Part shown: one piece after another, positions 13,432 to 25,407 of the stretch
How the letters are laid out: the number at the start of each line of letters is the position of its first letter
Position numbering within the stretch: the stretch's first letter is position 1
DNA from: Octopus sinensis
Taxonomy: Eukaryota
Length of the DNA stretch: 64,000 bases
NCBI RefSeq assembly: GCF_006345805.1
Contig: NC_043000.1
Coordinates: 65,100,001 to 65,164,000 of the forward strand
Direction: 5' to 3'
Position numbers and translations under genes: made by a program
The notes under the pieces: model-generated
What the model was told of the DNA's origin: nothing
Databases searched by the model: none
Seen by the model: the letters and a program-made list of their open reading frames with translations, nothing else

Positions 13432-13664
13432 TGTGTGTGTATGTGTGTGTGTGTGTGTGCATATGTGCGCGCGCGCGCATTTAATACGTGTACACACACA
13501 CACACACATATGCACATATACCCACATTGGCATGCATACACACACGCACATGCACACAGGTACCCCACATACATGCACACATACATGCACACATACATAC
13601 ATAATACGTACATATATGTAAGTGTATATCTATGTATATATATATATTCACACACACACGCACG

Positions 13665-13761
<97 letters not shown>

Positions 13762-13860
13762 CGTACATATATGATATATATATATACACGTACATGTATG
13801 ATATATATATATACACGTACATGTATGATATATATATATATACGTACATGTATGTATGTA
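13432..13860. repeat. Compound (TG)/(CA)/(TA) microsatellite with a 3-copy ~26-bp minisatellite
   Basis: Dinucleotide runs plus tatatatatatacacgtacatgtatga repeated at ~13755-13855. Confidence 0.9.
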
Positions 13861-14378
13861 TCAGTGTATCATAGAAGGCAACAGCAACGCATAAAATAAC
13901 ATTAAATATAAAAATAATAACAATTAATATTGAATTGCTACCTAACAAATATTTCATTACTTCTGATATTTGGAGTTTAAGAAAAAAGACCTTTACAATT
14001 GCTTTAAAGAACAAGAGAAAGTTATAAATTACCTATCCATTCAGCTGGCGTGTCGAATCTCTGTGTGAGTGTGTGTTTATGTGTGTGTGTGGTGTGTGTG
14101 TGTGTGTGTGGTGTGTGTGTGTGTGCGTGCGTGTGTGTGTGTGTGCACAAGTATACACACACACAGATATACAAATATATACAAATATATATTTATATAT
14201 ATAAATACGTATGCATATATACATACACAGCTTTTATATATACTTATAGGTGTGTATGGATGTATACATGTATATATACATACACACACAAACACACACA
14301 CATATTCATGTTTTATGAATGTGCATGTGTATGTGAGTTTGTGTGAGTGTGGGTTGTGTGTGCCTTTGTGTGCGTGCC

Positions 14379-14426
<48 letters not shown>

Positions 14427-15009
14427 TGCGCGCTCGTCTAAACAAGATCAGAATTGTTGATAGACAAACAGCTGCCATACATAGATTTCTCCTAATTGTT
14501 TATATAGATCACTTTTTTCGCCCAAGGGAAATTAATAAACTGATGCAAATCACTTCAATTCAATCAGACAGAATCTAACTGATAATCGAAATATGGGAAG
14601 TTCAATTTTCACCATCATTCCATTAATAGCCATGTACTGGCTGGATAGACATACCAGAATTGTTGTAGTCATTGCCTTTGTATGTTTGTGCACGTCAAAA
14701 CAAAGAATTCCTGTATGTATGTATGTATGTATGTATGTATGTATGTATGTATGTATGTATGTATGTATGTATGTATGTATGTATGTATGTGTGTGAGTAT
14801 GTGTGTGTGTGTGTGTATGTAAAACAATAGTAAAGGACATCAGCTTGAACTTGGTATTCCGTTATTTCATGTTTCAGTGTTTGGTAACACATGATCTTAC
14901 AGTATAAATACAATCCTTTGATGCACTTCATAAGTGCTACCTACCTAATCACTCCAAAAGTTTCTTCATACCGAAGAGAAATACAAGTCACAAACATGCA
15001 GTAAGCATA

Positions 15010-15293
15010 GTTCTATATATAAGAGATGAGGAATTATGTACATTATTTACATTCGACGATTATTTGTCCTCATCTTGTTTGTTGTTAACACAACGTTTCG
15101 GCTGATATACCCTCTAGCCTTCTTCAGATGTCTTGGGGAAATTTCGAACCTGGGCTCTCATTCCTAAGGTATTCTTCGATGCTATTATTATTATTATTAT
15201 TATTATTTATTATTATTATTATCAGGTGGTGCTATTAAGTTAGACATGGCCTGGACCAATCTCTGGTCGAAACATATCTAAGTTTTATCTAAG

Positions 15294-15357
<64 letters not shown>

Positions 15358-15603
15358 GTTCAGGTCACTGCTTGGAATCGAATTCGGAATCTTGGGGTTA
15401 GTAACCCGCGCTCTTAACCACTACGCCATATGCCCGTGGGCACGATAATAATGACATCGAAGAATACCTTAGGAATGAGAAACCAAGTTCGAAATTTCCC
15501 CAAGACACCCGAAGAAGGTTGGAGGATATATCAGCCGAAACGTTGTGTTAACAACAAATAAGATGAGGATAAATATCCATGGAATGTAAATAATGTAAAT
15601 AAT
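15010..15603. mobile_element. Inverted pair of Penelope-type termini flanked by a 14-bp direct repeat
   Basis: ~15030-15185 is the reverse complement of ~15444-15603 (gaagaagg..cagccgaaacgttgtgttaacaac); atgcagtaagcata occurs at 14996-15009 and 15604-15617. Confidence 0.7.
15360..15443 (-). mobile_element. Short tRNA-derived SINE with (AAT)n tail
   Basis: Minus strand tggcgtagtggttaagagcgcggg..aattcgattcc with A-box and B-box-like motifs, no acceptor stem, followed by an AAT repeat. Confidence 0.55.
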
Positions 15604-16329
15604 ATGCAGTAAGCATATTTAAATATACGGGAGATTTAATTGTTGTGCCTCGTTCCTACATATGCATGTATATATAACGACGATGAAGTTTTAATGTCAT
15701 AATGCGGTGGGGAAAATGATTAAGGAACAATATTTGCTTGATTGGTTAATATGGTCATTTATTAAGTTAATTTTAATATTAGTTGTTACAACGTCGTCGC
15801 GTCGTTGTGTGACCATAAGTTATTTGTTTGTTGCAGTAAGATATTTTCTGTGGATCCATGGCTCATTGTGTAAGCTAGGAGTTCTGAGACTGCTACCAAG
15901 AAAGACATATCAATAAATGTCTTTACAATTAGAAATAGTGATGGTTCTATTCCCGCGCGTCACTCTTTGACTAGGGATTGGTCAATACTCTTGGTTTGGC
16001 GTTGCATTTCTCAAAGAAGGAGATAGAGAAAGAGTATAAGCAGTGTGTTCTCCCTTTCTTCTACATCGGTACCGAAGTGTCCTTTGATCTGAGGTAGCAA
16101 CCAAAGAGGAAAACAACTATTTGTTTGTGTTTTTATAATGTTACTGAATAAACCAGGTCAAGCGAAAACAATAGATTTTTCCAATATTATCTTTCTTAAC
16201 CCTTCCACGACCACAGAAAGATCAATAGATCAACTTAATCGCATCAATTTCCGAGTGCAGAGACGAGACAACATTAAGTTTAAGATTTATTTGACAATGT
16301 TGAGAAATGTAGATTCGGTTTCAAATCCA

Positions 16330-16389
16330 TGCTTAGCTATAGTGTAGCTGTTCGTTACACAAGCATACGTACTCACACACACACACACA

Positions 16390-16422
<33 letters not shown>

Positions 16423-16889
16423 CACACACACACACACACTCACACTCACACACACACATACACACACACACACACGTAGTCGTGGCTGTGTGGTTAAGAA
16501 GCTTGCTTCCTAGTCGATGAAGTCATTAGTTTTAGTCCCACTGTGCAGTACCTTAGGCAAATATCTTCTCTAGCCTCGAGCCGACCAAAGCCTTGTGAGT
16601 GGATTTAGCAGACGAAAACTGTATGTATGTATGTATGTACATACATACATACATACATACATACATACATACATACATACATACATACATACATACATAC
16701 GTACGTACGTACGTACGTACGTACGTATGTATGTATATACTTCCAATTTTTGCCTGCTAAATCCACTCACAAGGCTTTGGTTGACTCGAGGCTAGAGAAG
16801 ATATCTGCCTAAAGTACTGCACAGTGGGACTGAAACTAATGACTACATTGACTAGGAAGCAAGCTTCTTAACCACACAGCTACGACTAC

Positions 16890-16925
<36 letters not shown>

Positions 16926-16980
16926 GTGTGTATGTGAGTACGTATGTTTGTGTAGCGAACAGCTACACTGTAGCTAAGCA
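16330..16980. repeat. ~650-bp inverted duplication (fold-back) of unique DNA + (CA)n + CORE-SINE head
   Basis: 16330-~16618 and ~16745-16980 are reverse complements, including non-SINE tgcttagctatagtgtagctgttcgttacacaagcatacgtactcac; spacer is (TACA)n(TACG)n. Confidence 0.9.
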
Positions 16981-17046
16981 CTTGTCCAAGGTGCCACGCA
17001 GTTGGGAAGCAGACGTCTTACAACACATACATGCCTCTGCTTACAG

Positions 17047-17108
<62 letters not shown>

Positions 17109-17144
17109 ATCATCATCATCATCATCATCCTCATCATCACCACC

Positions 17145-17178
<34 letters not shown>

Positions 17179-17190
17179 TTATCATTATCA

Positions 17191-17237
<47 letters not shown>

Positions 17238-17239
17238 TT

Positions 17240-17760
17240 ATGTTTGACTTCTGCTTTACATTTGTACAAGTTGGTTCCAAGTCTCACCCAGAGACCTCAA
17301 GAGACAACAAGTTGGAAGTTCATGTTGGTGTTATGCCTAGGGTGCCATATATTTGGTTTTGTACATTGTGTTGTTCTAGAGAATGTTTAAGAAACCATAA
17401 GAATATTGTTTGTTTTAAAACTTGAGATTACATAGAAAGTATTTTGCGTAGGATATGGGCAGTTCCCATGAGTAGTATCTTTTGAATTTCTGCCATTTTG
17501 GTGTTTCCTGGTATCTGAGCTAGGTAGCAATTAGCCCCTTTTGCTATCATTCCCAGGGCACTTATGACAACAGGTATTGTTTTAGTCTTCAGGTTCTACA
17601 TTTTGCTAATTTCTATTTCAAGATCTTTATATTTGCTCAGTTTTTGGTAGGTCTTGACAGATACGTTTATATCGATTGGGACAGTCATATCAATGAGGAG
17701 GCATTATTTTTGTCTGAAATCCTTCAATATGATGTCTGGTCTATTCGCATCTATCTTTAT
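17240..17760 (-). mobile_element. 3' end of an R4/Dong-like (restriction-like endonuclease) non-LTR retrotransposon
   Basis: Minus strand RPDIILKD..LLIDMTVP..KLSKYKDLEIEI..TIPVVISALGMI..IQK..LMGTAHILRK, then 3' UTR and (TAA)n tail; second copy at 52592-52995. Confidence 0.85.
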
Positions 17761-18054
17761 GTCAGTTTGAATGGTGAAATTCCAGAGGAGTGAGATATGA
17801 TTATTTTCAAGTACTGGATGTGGTTTGTGTTCCTACCAGTTTTTATATGGTGGATGAGATTGAAATGGTTTTTCTCTTTGGCCAATCCCTGATGAACTTC
17901 AAGTTTCACTTGAAAAAAAAATGAGGGTAGAGAGGGATGTGTCGTCATCTAGCCAATATACTGAAAGGTGGATGAAAGTGGTGAGAATGGTACGAATGAA
18001 CGGGCATGCCCTGAGTATATGCTTGTAGTTGGAAAAAAAGGACAGGAAAATGTC

Positions 18055-18057
<3 letters not shown>

Positions 18058-18103
<46 letters not shown>

Positions 18104-18405
18104 GTTATTGTATTATTATTGTTTTTTTTCCTTCTTTCTTCAAATTTTCTTTCATTTCTCGCCGGGTGTTTTCCGTGTACCTAGGGTAGTGAAGCTCATT
18201 GTATGCATTTACAGATTACACTCGCAAATTCACAGGTAAAATATGTATTTAAAAAAATTAATAAATAAATAATTTCATGAATGGATGTTGTTTTCACAGT
18301 GATAATGCTCTTCTCAGTACATGAGTCGTTCCAGTTAACACGAGTTTTTTGCACTTCCTGTAGGGATGGTAATCGAAATATGGGAATTCTTTCGCCGTTG
18401 TATTA

Positions 18406-18483
<78 letters not shown>

Positions 18484-18798
18484 TATTATTATTATTGTTA
18501 TTGTATTATTATTGTTTTTTTTCCTTCTTTCTTCAAATTTTCTTTCATTTCTCGCCGGGTGTTTTCCGTGTACCTAGGGTAGTGAAGCTCATTGTATGCA
18601 TTTACAGATTACACTCGCAAATTCACAGGTAAAATATGTATTTAAAAAAATTAATAAATAAATAATTTCATGAATGGATGTTGTTTTCACAGTGATAATG
18701 CTCTTCTCAGTACATGAGTCGTTCCAGTTAACACGAGTTTTTTGCACTTCCTGTAGGGATGGTAATCGAAATATGGGAATTCTTTCGCCGTTGTATTA

Positions 18799-18842
<44 letters not shown>
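18058..18842. repeat. Direct tandem duplication of a ~395-bp unit bounded by (TAT)n
   Basis: ~18100-18410 is essentially identical to ~18494-18803. Confidence 0.9.
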
Positions 18843-18843
18843 T

Positions 18844-19000
18844 AAAAACAGTTTGATTCGGCCCCATGCAACATAAAGTTTCGTAGGTTCGTCAGAGAAA
18901 CCTAGCTTGTCAGGCTCAGGTTGAGGCACCTGAGCCTTAGGAGCTGAAGTTTTGTGACTACGAAACTTTATGTTGCATGGGACGGAATCGAACTGTTTTT
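18844..19000. repeat. 157-bp imperfect palindrome (small MITE or hairpin)
   Basis: aaaaacagtttgattcggccccatgcaacataaagtttcgtag / ctacgaaactttatgttgcatgggacggaatcgaactgttttt, plus inner stem ggctcaggt/acctgagcc. Confidence 0.85.
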
Positions 19001-19074
19001 TGATAATATTTGTAACTCCTACCTCATGTGGTGAGTGCCTCTTTTTCTGTTTGTCTACTCACTCGCGCGCGTGT

Positions 19075-19138
<64 letters not shown>

Positions 19139-21244
19139 TTGCATGTGCATGTCGATGTATATATTTTCTGTGCGCATAATGATATTTCGACAGACAACTG
19201 TGTTGTGCAGCATATGTGACTATCCAGTAGCAAGACCAGATCAAAATGATTAAGGATAGAGACGCATGCAGTGGATGAACAAGATGTCTTACTTTCCTCA
19301 TTTTGCTCTCTGCATCCCAAAATGTTATGCTGCAGCCGCCTTCCCTCTCGTTGAACCATGATGGTTTCTTTCTCAGAGACCACCAGTTCCAGTCTTCACA
19401 TGCATAGGTATGCAAGCTCTGATATACTAATTAATCAATAGCTGGAACTTTGATAGGTGCCACAACTCCGGGTCTGATTAGACCTGGGGGAAATAAGAGC
19501 TAAGAGGTGGTTCCACATTGCCCAAAACCCTGGAACTCCTGAACCAGGACCCCGCTACCAGATGCAGTTTAAACTCATACCCAGTATATTAAACAACAAC
19601 AACAACAACACTACATGAAGATGAGGTTTACAGCAAAGTTATTACCACCCAATGTATCATTAGAACTAACCAGCATTTCCTTCTTGATGCGATTTACAAC
19701 GAGTTAGAATGGAAGCGCAAGATTTAATTTTATTTCGCTATGGACACAAGCGCTGAGCTAGTGACAGGAAGCGATTACTCGACTGGAATCATAACACCAT
19801 CTGCAATTCACTTGCCTTCATACTATTTGTTCTAATATATATAGTTGCCAATATTTGTATTATAATTACTCGAGTGTCTTAGTCTATCTTCGGTACTCTA
19901 TGAAGTGATACAAAGTTATCATCTCTGGCTTCCACTTGAGACTTAAATTTTCTTTTCATTCATCCCAATGAAGTAATGACATTTCATCAAACATTCTCAA
20001 ACCGCAATTCTGATTCGCTGATTCTGTAATTCTTTTATTTCTTGATGTTTTCAACTTGAATTAGTCATTCCGGTCATCTTTCATTTTATATTGCACTTTG
20101 CATTCACTGACTAATTTGTTTATGACACTGATAAGAGAAGCTACACATTGCCAATACTAAGAGAAGAAATAATATAATTGAATTGTCCTCTCGTATATCA
20201 TTTTACTAAACGTGCTGCTGCTTTCACACATCAGCAATATAAGCACAATGCTGAGCCGGAAATAGAGTTGCCACACAATATAAGTATGAAATATTAACAC
20301 AGATGGTATGTTTAACAGGCCTTGTTGCAGATTCACACATCCTCAATATTAATCATATATTCTCATGTTTTACTACAACTACTACCACCGCCGTCACTGC
20401 CGCCGCCGCCGCACCGTCACTGTAACTACTACTGCTGCAGCTTCTTCACTATCATCAGCTTTTTCTAAATGATGATAAATGCCAAGGTCAGTAGTCTGCA
20501 GAACGAAATGTCTCGCAGGATTTACTCCTGCCGAGATGAACATTGCATTTCATCCTTCCGAGGGAAACTGCAATTATGTCCTTAGTTTGTCATGTACTGC
20601 AACACACGCAAAGATCCAGCCATGCCCGCCTTAAATGCCTCTGGGATGTAAATGTTTTCTTGTACAGTTTCTTTGATAAACTAGTTTCTTTTAAAAGAGT
20701 AATGGTTGCTAGTTCTTGCCTCAATCCTCCAATTTTACCTGGACTTGAAGCCTGCTGGCAGCCTCAACTCAATGAAAATAACCAGCCAAATATCTGCCAA
20801 CTTTCAGAGAGAGAGAAAAAGAGAGAGCGAGAGAGAGAGAGAGGAAGAGGAAGAATTAACTCCAGTAGTTTACTGGTACTTTATTTCATCGATATAGAAA
20901 AAAATGAAGCACATAGTTGAGTACAACGGAATTTGAATTCAGATTGCAAAATGCCGGGACAAATATCTGAGGTTCTAATGATGCTACCAAATAACCATCA
21001 CAAGGGCCGATACAATCTTTTGCTTTCGTCTTATATTTTTAGCCTTATGTCTTAATTATTTAGTGTTCTTTTCTCTTTTTTTGTTAAATTCCAAGGTCAT
21101 CCCGGAGCATAGCCTTTACGTTAGAAATCAGGGTGGCGCAGAACTGGTAAAGCGCCAGACAAAATATTTTGCTTTGTAGTATGTAAGTATATAAATACAT
21201 TCCTATAAGGCAGCGTACTCAAAGAAATGAAGGTGTTTGGCCCA

Positions 21245-21400
21245 GTGGGGAACATGCCGCACTCTCAATCGCAAGATCGCGGTTTCGATTCCCGAATCGG
21301 GCGATGCGTTGTATTCATAAGCAAAAGTTCACATCACTTAATTTTACGTCACTCCAGTTCACTCAGCTGTAAATGAGTAACCATGCGACGGACTAAAGTC
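21245..21400 (+). mobile_element. Degenerate tRNA-derived SINE (same family as 42287-42573)
   Basis: cgcaagatcgcggtttcgattcc B-box-like motif followed by gttgtattcataagcaaaa, similar to gttgtgttcttgagcaaaa. Confidence 0.55.
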
Positions 21401-21782
21401 CCATTTTGGAGCAATCTCGTGGTATCGGTCGCTTATACGCCACAGAAGACAGGTAAACGTACCTGTGAGTCCTCGGAATCGAGACTCAATAGAAAAGGCC
21501 CAGTGGCATTCAGTTGAATTCCTTTGAATTTTGTCTCCAAATACGTTTGGAGGGTCGATAAAATAAGTATCTGCGATCAACTGGCTCAGTTATATCGGCT
21601 ATACCATTACCCCACCTCGTATCAAAAATATTGCATTAGTTTTGTGTCAAATATAGAAATCGATATTATACAGTAAGGTCAACTTTGCCTTTGAATCGTC
21701 TGAGATCGATAAAATAAATTACAAGTCAAGTATTGGAGTTTGATATAATCATTTATATCCCTCCACCAAAGTTGAGGTTTTG

Positions 21783-21970
21783 CACCTATCTTTTATCTTT
21801 TACTTGTTTCAGTCATTAGACTGCGGCCAGACTGGGGCATCACCTTAGGGTATTTTATTCGAACTACTCGACCTCAGTACTTCTTTTCTAGTTTTTAAAG
21901 GCCTCTTTTACCGAACTGCTAGGTTACTAGGACCTAAATACACCCACACCGTTTGTGAAGCGACAGTGAC
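21783..21970 (-). mobile_element. CORE-SINE 3' half
   Basis: ttttacttgtttcagtca..gactgcggcc..tttaccgaactgctaggttac..cacaccg. Confidence 0.7.
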
Positions 21971-21989
21971 ACACACAAACGCGCGCGCA

Positions 21990-22045
<56 letters not shown>

Positions 22046-22051
<6 letters not shown>

Positions 22052-23436
22052 GTTGTGCACCTGAAAGAAGGAGTCACCTTCGAGGCATATTACCGAAGAT
22101 TTCAACAAAATTTCGAAAATGAATGCCAAGACAGGACGGACGAAATGAAAACGCGTCTAATTCTGAGGAAACTAGTGACGACAGAGCACGAGAAATACTC
22201 TAACTTTATATTGCCTAAAAAAGTTTCTGACGTAAATTTCACGGACACAATTGACATTTTGTGTATGACGTTTAGTGAGAAAACATCGTTGGTCAACACT
22301 AAGTTTAAACACTGAGAAAAGTGATGACGTAGAATTTACCACATATGCGGGTAGAGTGAATAGAGAAAGCGAGAGATTTAAACTGGATAAACTAACTCCT
22401 GACCCGTTCATGTGCCTGATCTTTGTTCAAGAACTTACTGCTAAAAAGGACGCAGAAGTCAGAATGAAAATTCTCACAAAGCTGGAAATGAATCAGGATA
22501 TAACTCTCCAGAAACTGTCAGGAGAGTGCGATATGATATTAAAAGTAAGACACGAAACAGAAGAAATCCAAAGCAGAGATTGTTTTCAGATAAAACTTGT
22601 GGAAGAGATGGAAGACGGATAAAAGTTTCACAAAAAACACTATATTCAACAGGCGATAATCCCATGTATGGTATGCGGTGGTAGGCACCTGAGAAAAGAG
22701 TGTCCGTTCAAAAAAGCAACGTGTTTTCATTGTGGGAGCACAGTGCACATTAAATCGCACTGACGAAAAACTGGACCAAACGAGAAAAAATAAATAGTTT
22801 GTCGTTAGAGAAAAAAGTTTGCACAACGAACAGAAAATCCATCAAGGTGAGAATCGAAACCACTAGTGTCAAAATGCAATTAGACACGGGTAGTGATATT
22901 ACTATCATAAATGAAGAAACATAGCGACAAATTGGAAAGCCGAAATTATTTAAATCAAATAAAGTAGTATATGGTGTTACAGGAAAGAAATTATATTTTA
23001 TCAGCGAATGTATTTGCAATGTAACTTTTCGAGGTAAAACAAAAAGGGCAATCATTAATGTGATGAAAATATCACTAAACTATTTTGGCACAGAATGCAT
23101 GGAGTTATTTAAAATGTGGGATATCCCCATTAGCGTTCTCTGTGAAAATGTAGTCGGCACGGTGAAAAGTTCGAATGAAGTCGAACAGCTGAGATAAAAA
23201 AATTTTTTAATTGTTTCCAAATGTTTTTTGGGGAAGTATTAGGCTGCATGACACATTCCAGGTACCAACACCGTTACAGGTGGTTGAACCCACGCATACG
23301 AGTGGAAGAAAAAGAACACAGACGCCAAAAGGAAAAAATATCAAGTTGGAAAAAAATCGTTAAAAGGGAGGAGGGGTGAATAAAATAAAATAAAATTACT
23401 TGCTTCCCAAAGAAAAGAAAAAATTAAAAGGAGAGA
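22046..23436 (+). mobile_element. Internally deleted Ty3/Gypsy LTR retrotransposon: gag C-terminus, protease and polypurine tract
   Basis: Gag-like TFEAYYRRFQQNF..KTRLILRKL..EHEKYSNFILPK; two knuckles CMVCGGRHLRKEC and CFHCGSTVHIKSH*; retropepsin MQLDTGSDITII (DTG at 22883-22891); RT/RNaseH/integrase missing; purine tract aaaaggagaga (23426-23436) directly before TGTAGTG. Confidence 0.85.
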
Positions 23437-23520
23437 TGTAGTGAAAATGGTACTCCCCTTCCTACGTATCAAAGTGGTATGGTTCAGCCACTATAAAGGC
23501 AGACAGTCAGTCGTTGTAGG
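23437..23520 (+). mobile_element. Left portion of an interrupted Gypsy LTR (U3 with TATA-like box)
   Basis: Starts TGTAGTG right after the PPT; tataaa at 23492-23497; ends at the 18-bp duplicated site. Confidence 0.65.
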
Positions 23521-23670
23521 AGGTCATTAGTAGGAGAGCGTCTTCGGCTTTTAGTCTTTGAGTGAGTTATTTGGAGTTATTCAGGTGTGATTATTCTGGT
23601 GTGTTTATTTCAAGTGAAGAGGTGGTGAGTTCGAGTTCGTTGGAGGACGTGGAATAATTTTTTCCTGAAA

Positions 23671-24993
23671 ATGCAAGAAGAACAGACTTACGCGCGAGCG
23701 GCAGGCAGAGGCCTGGTTGCCGGTGAGCTGGAAATGGAGGAGGTGGTGGTCGAACAGAAGACTTTACAGAAGTATTTCGACAGTTTAAAGAGGGAGGGTG
23801 ACTGCGTAAGAGTCACACCGTCCGAGGAGGAGGAAAGCAGTGCCGAGAAGCGTACTATAACGTACAGGACGTGGTGTGTGGAGTCCAAAAAAATTGAAGT
23901 GGCGGAAATGAAAGAAGTAGAAGAATGTCTGAAGGAAATTGAGGGCGAACCCACATTTTTCAAAAGAGGAAGGAAGTATGCCACGGTGGTGGTATATTTT
24001 GAAACAGAAAATGAGGCAAAAAAGAACGCAACAAGACTTTTGAAATCGGATAAGTGGACTTTGCTACCAAGTTACTGCGGAAGGAGAGCAGGTGAGGATG
24101 AGAATCAATAGAATCTCACCCGAATTTAATATGGAAAGGTTGCTGGCAGCAGTGCTGTTTAACTGCAAGGATGATGTGGGAGTACTGAAGGTGGAGAAGT
24201 CAGCGGAGGTGAAATGGTGGGGATATACGGTGCAGGTTCTCGCGCACACATTACCCGTGCGACCTGTAAAACATCCCGGAGGAGCTGGTCTACCCTGACG
24301 AGACACGGCTCCGAGTTGTGGTAGAGGGAAGACCCCCAATTTGCTACAATTGTAAATCAAGGGGCACACATGAAGGATGTGTGCCCGCGAGAAAAAACTA
24401 AAGCACGGAGGTTGTGATGGAGGACGTGTGTGTGGAGGAGGCAAAAGCGGAGGAAGTACGAATGGAGGAGCGGTTAAGTGAGGAAGAACGAGAGAGTGCA
24501 GAAGAGGAAAAGACGGAAGACAGGAAGAGATCAAGGGTGGAATCACCACGAAGGATCAAAAAAAGAAGAAAATTAAAAGCAAGATAGCAAGAGAGAGAAG
24601 ACAAAGAGGACAGAAAAAAAGAGAAGGTGAGTGAGAGCGGCCAAGGACAGAGTTTGAAAAAGAATGGGAGACAAGAGTGAACGAGCAATTGGAATCGTGC
24701 AGATATGGAAGAAGGCCTACAGGGAAAAACTTGAAGGCGTTGTTGTATGTATATCAAGAATACAGAAGTGGAGAAGAGACTTGTAGGTAAGAAAGGGTTG
24801 GTCAGGGTGAAGGTGAACCCAAAGCTGTATGGTGACGACGTGAAAGGCGTCATTATAGACAAAGAGACATATATAAACTAAAAAAGATGTTTAATGCCAT
24901 ACAATAACGCATTATGTGCGTTATGATAAATTGCCAGATGTATAAGAGCATACGGACCTGTTGGATTATATGACGGACGAGCGTCTAATGTAA
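23671..24993 (+). pseudogene. ORF1/Gag-like protein, unit 1 (frameshifted as assembled)
   Basis: Near-identical to the intact unit-4 ORF but broken by many 1-3 nt indels, mostly in homopolymers; may be sequencing error. Confidence 0.75.
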
Positions 24994-25407
24994 AAGAATA
25001 GAATTGTAAGATTTAAAGTTGTATTTTGAATATATGTAATGTTGACATGTAGAATTGTAAAATTATTGTAAAGTAAAATTGTATGTATAATTGTATTTTA
25101 AACGGAACTGCGAGTTGGGGGTTCGTAAGCCGTTCCATCTCATTACATCTAAATCATTTTTTACTTCATATTTTATTTTTATTTTATGTACCCCATGTCC
25201 CGTCTTGTAATGTCCCCCTCTTCGTGGCCCTTAGTGGGTAATAAAGAAATAGGTATTAGTAGGAGAGCGTCTTAGGCTTTTAGTCTTTGAGTGAGTATTT
25301 GGAGTTATTCAGGTGTGATTATTCTGGTGTGTTGTATTTCAAGTGAAGAGTGGTGAGGTGGTGAGTTCGACGTTTGGAGGACGTGGAATAATAATTTTTT
25401 CCTGAAA

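Noticed and set aside
15360-15443. tRNA gene
   Set aside because: A and B boxes are present, but there is no acceptor stem or full cloverleaf and it ends in an (AAT)n tail; treated as a SINE.
20740-20801. 62-nt minus-strand exon candidate (LADIWLVIFIELRLPAGFKS)
   Set aside because: The acceptor tract is just the (GA)n microsatellite, and no compatible neighbouring exons were found.
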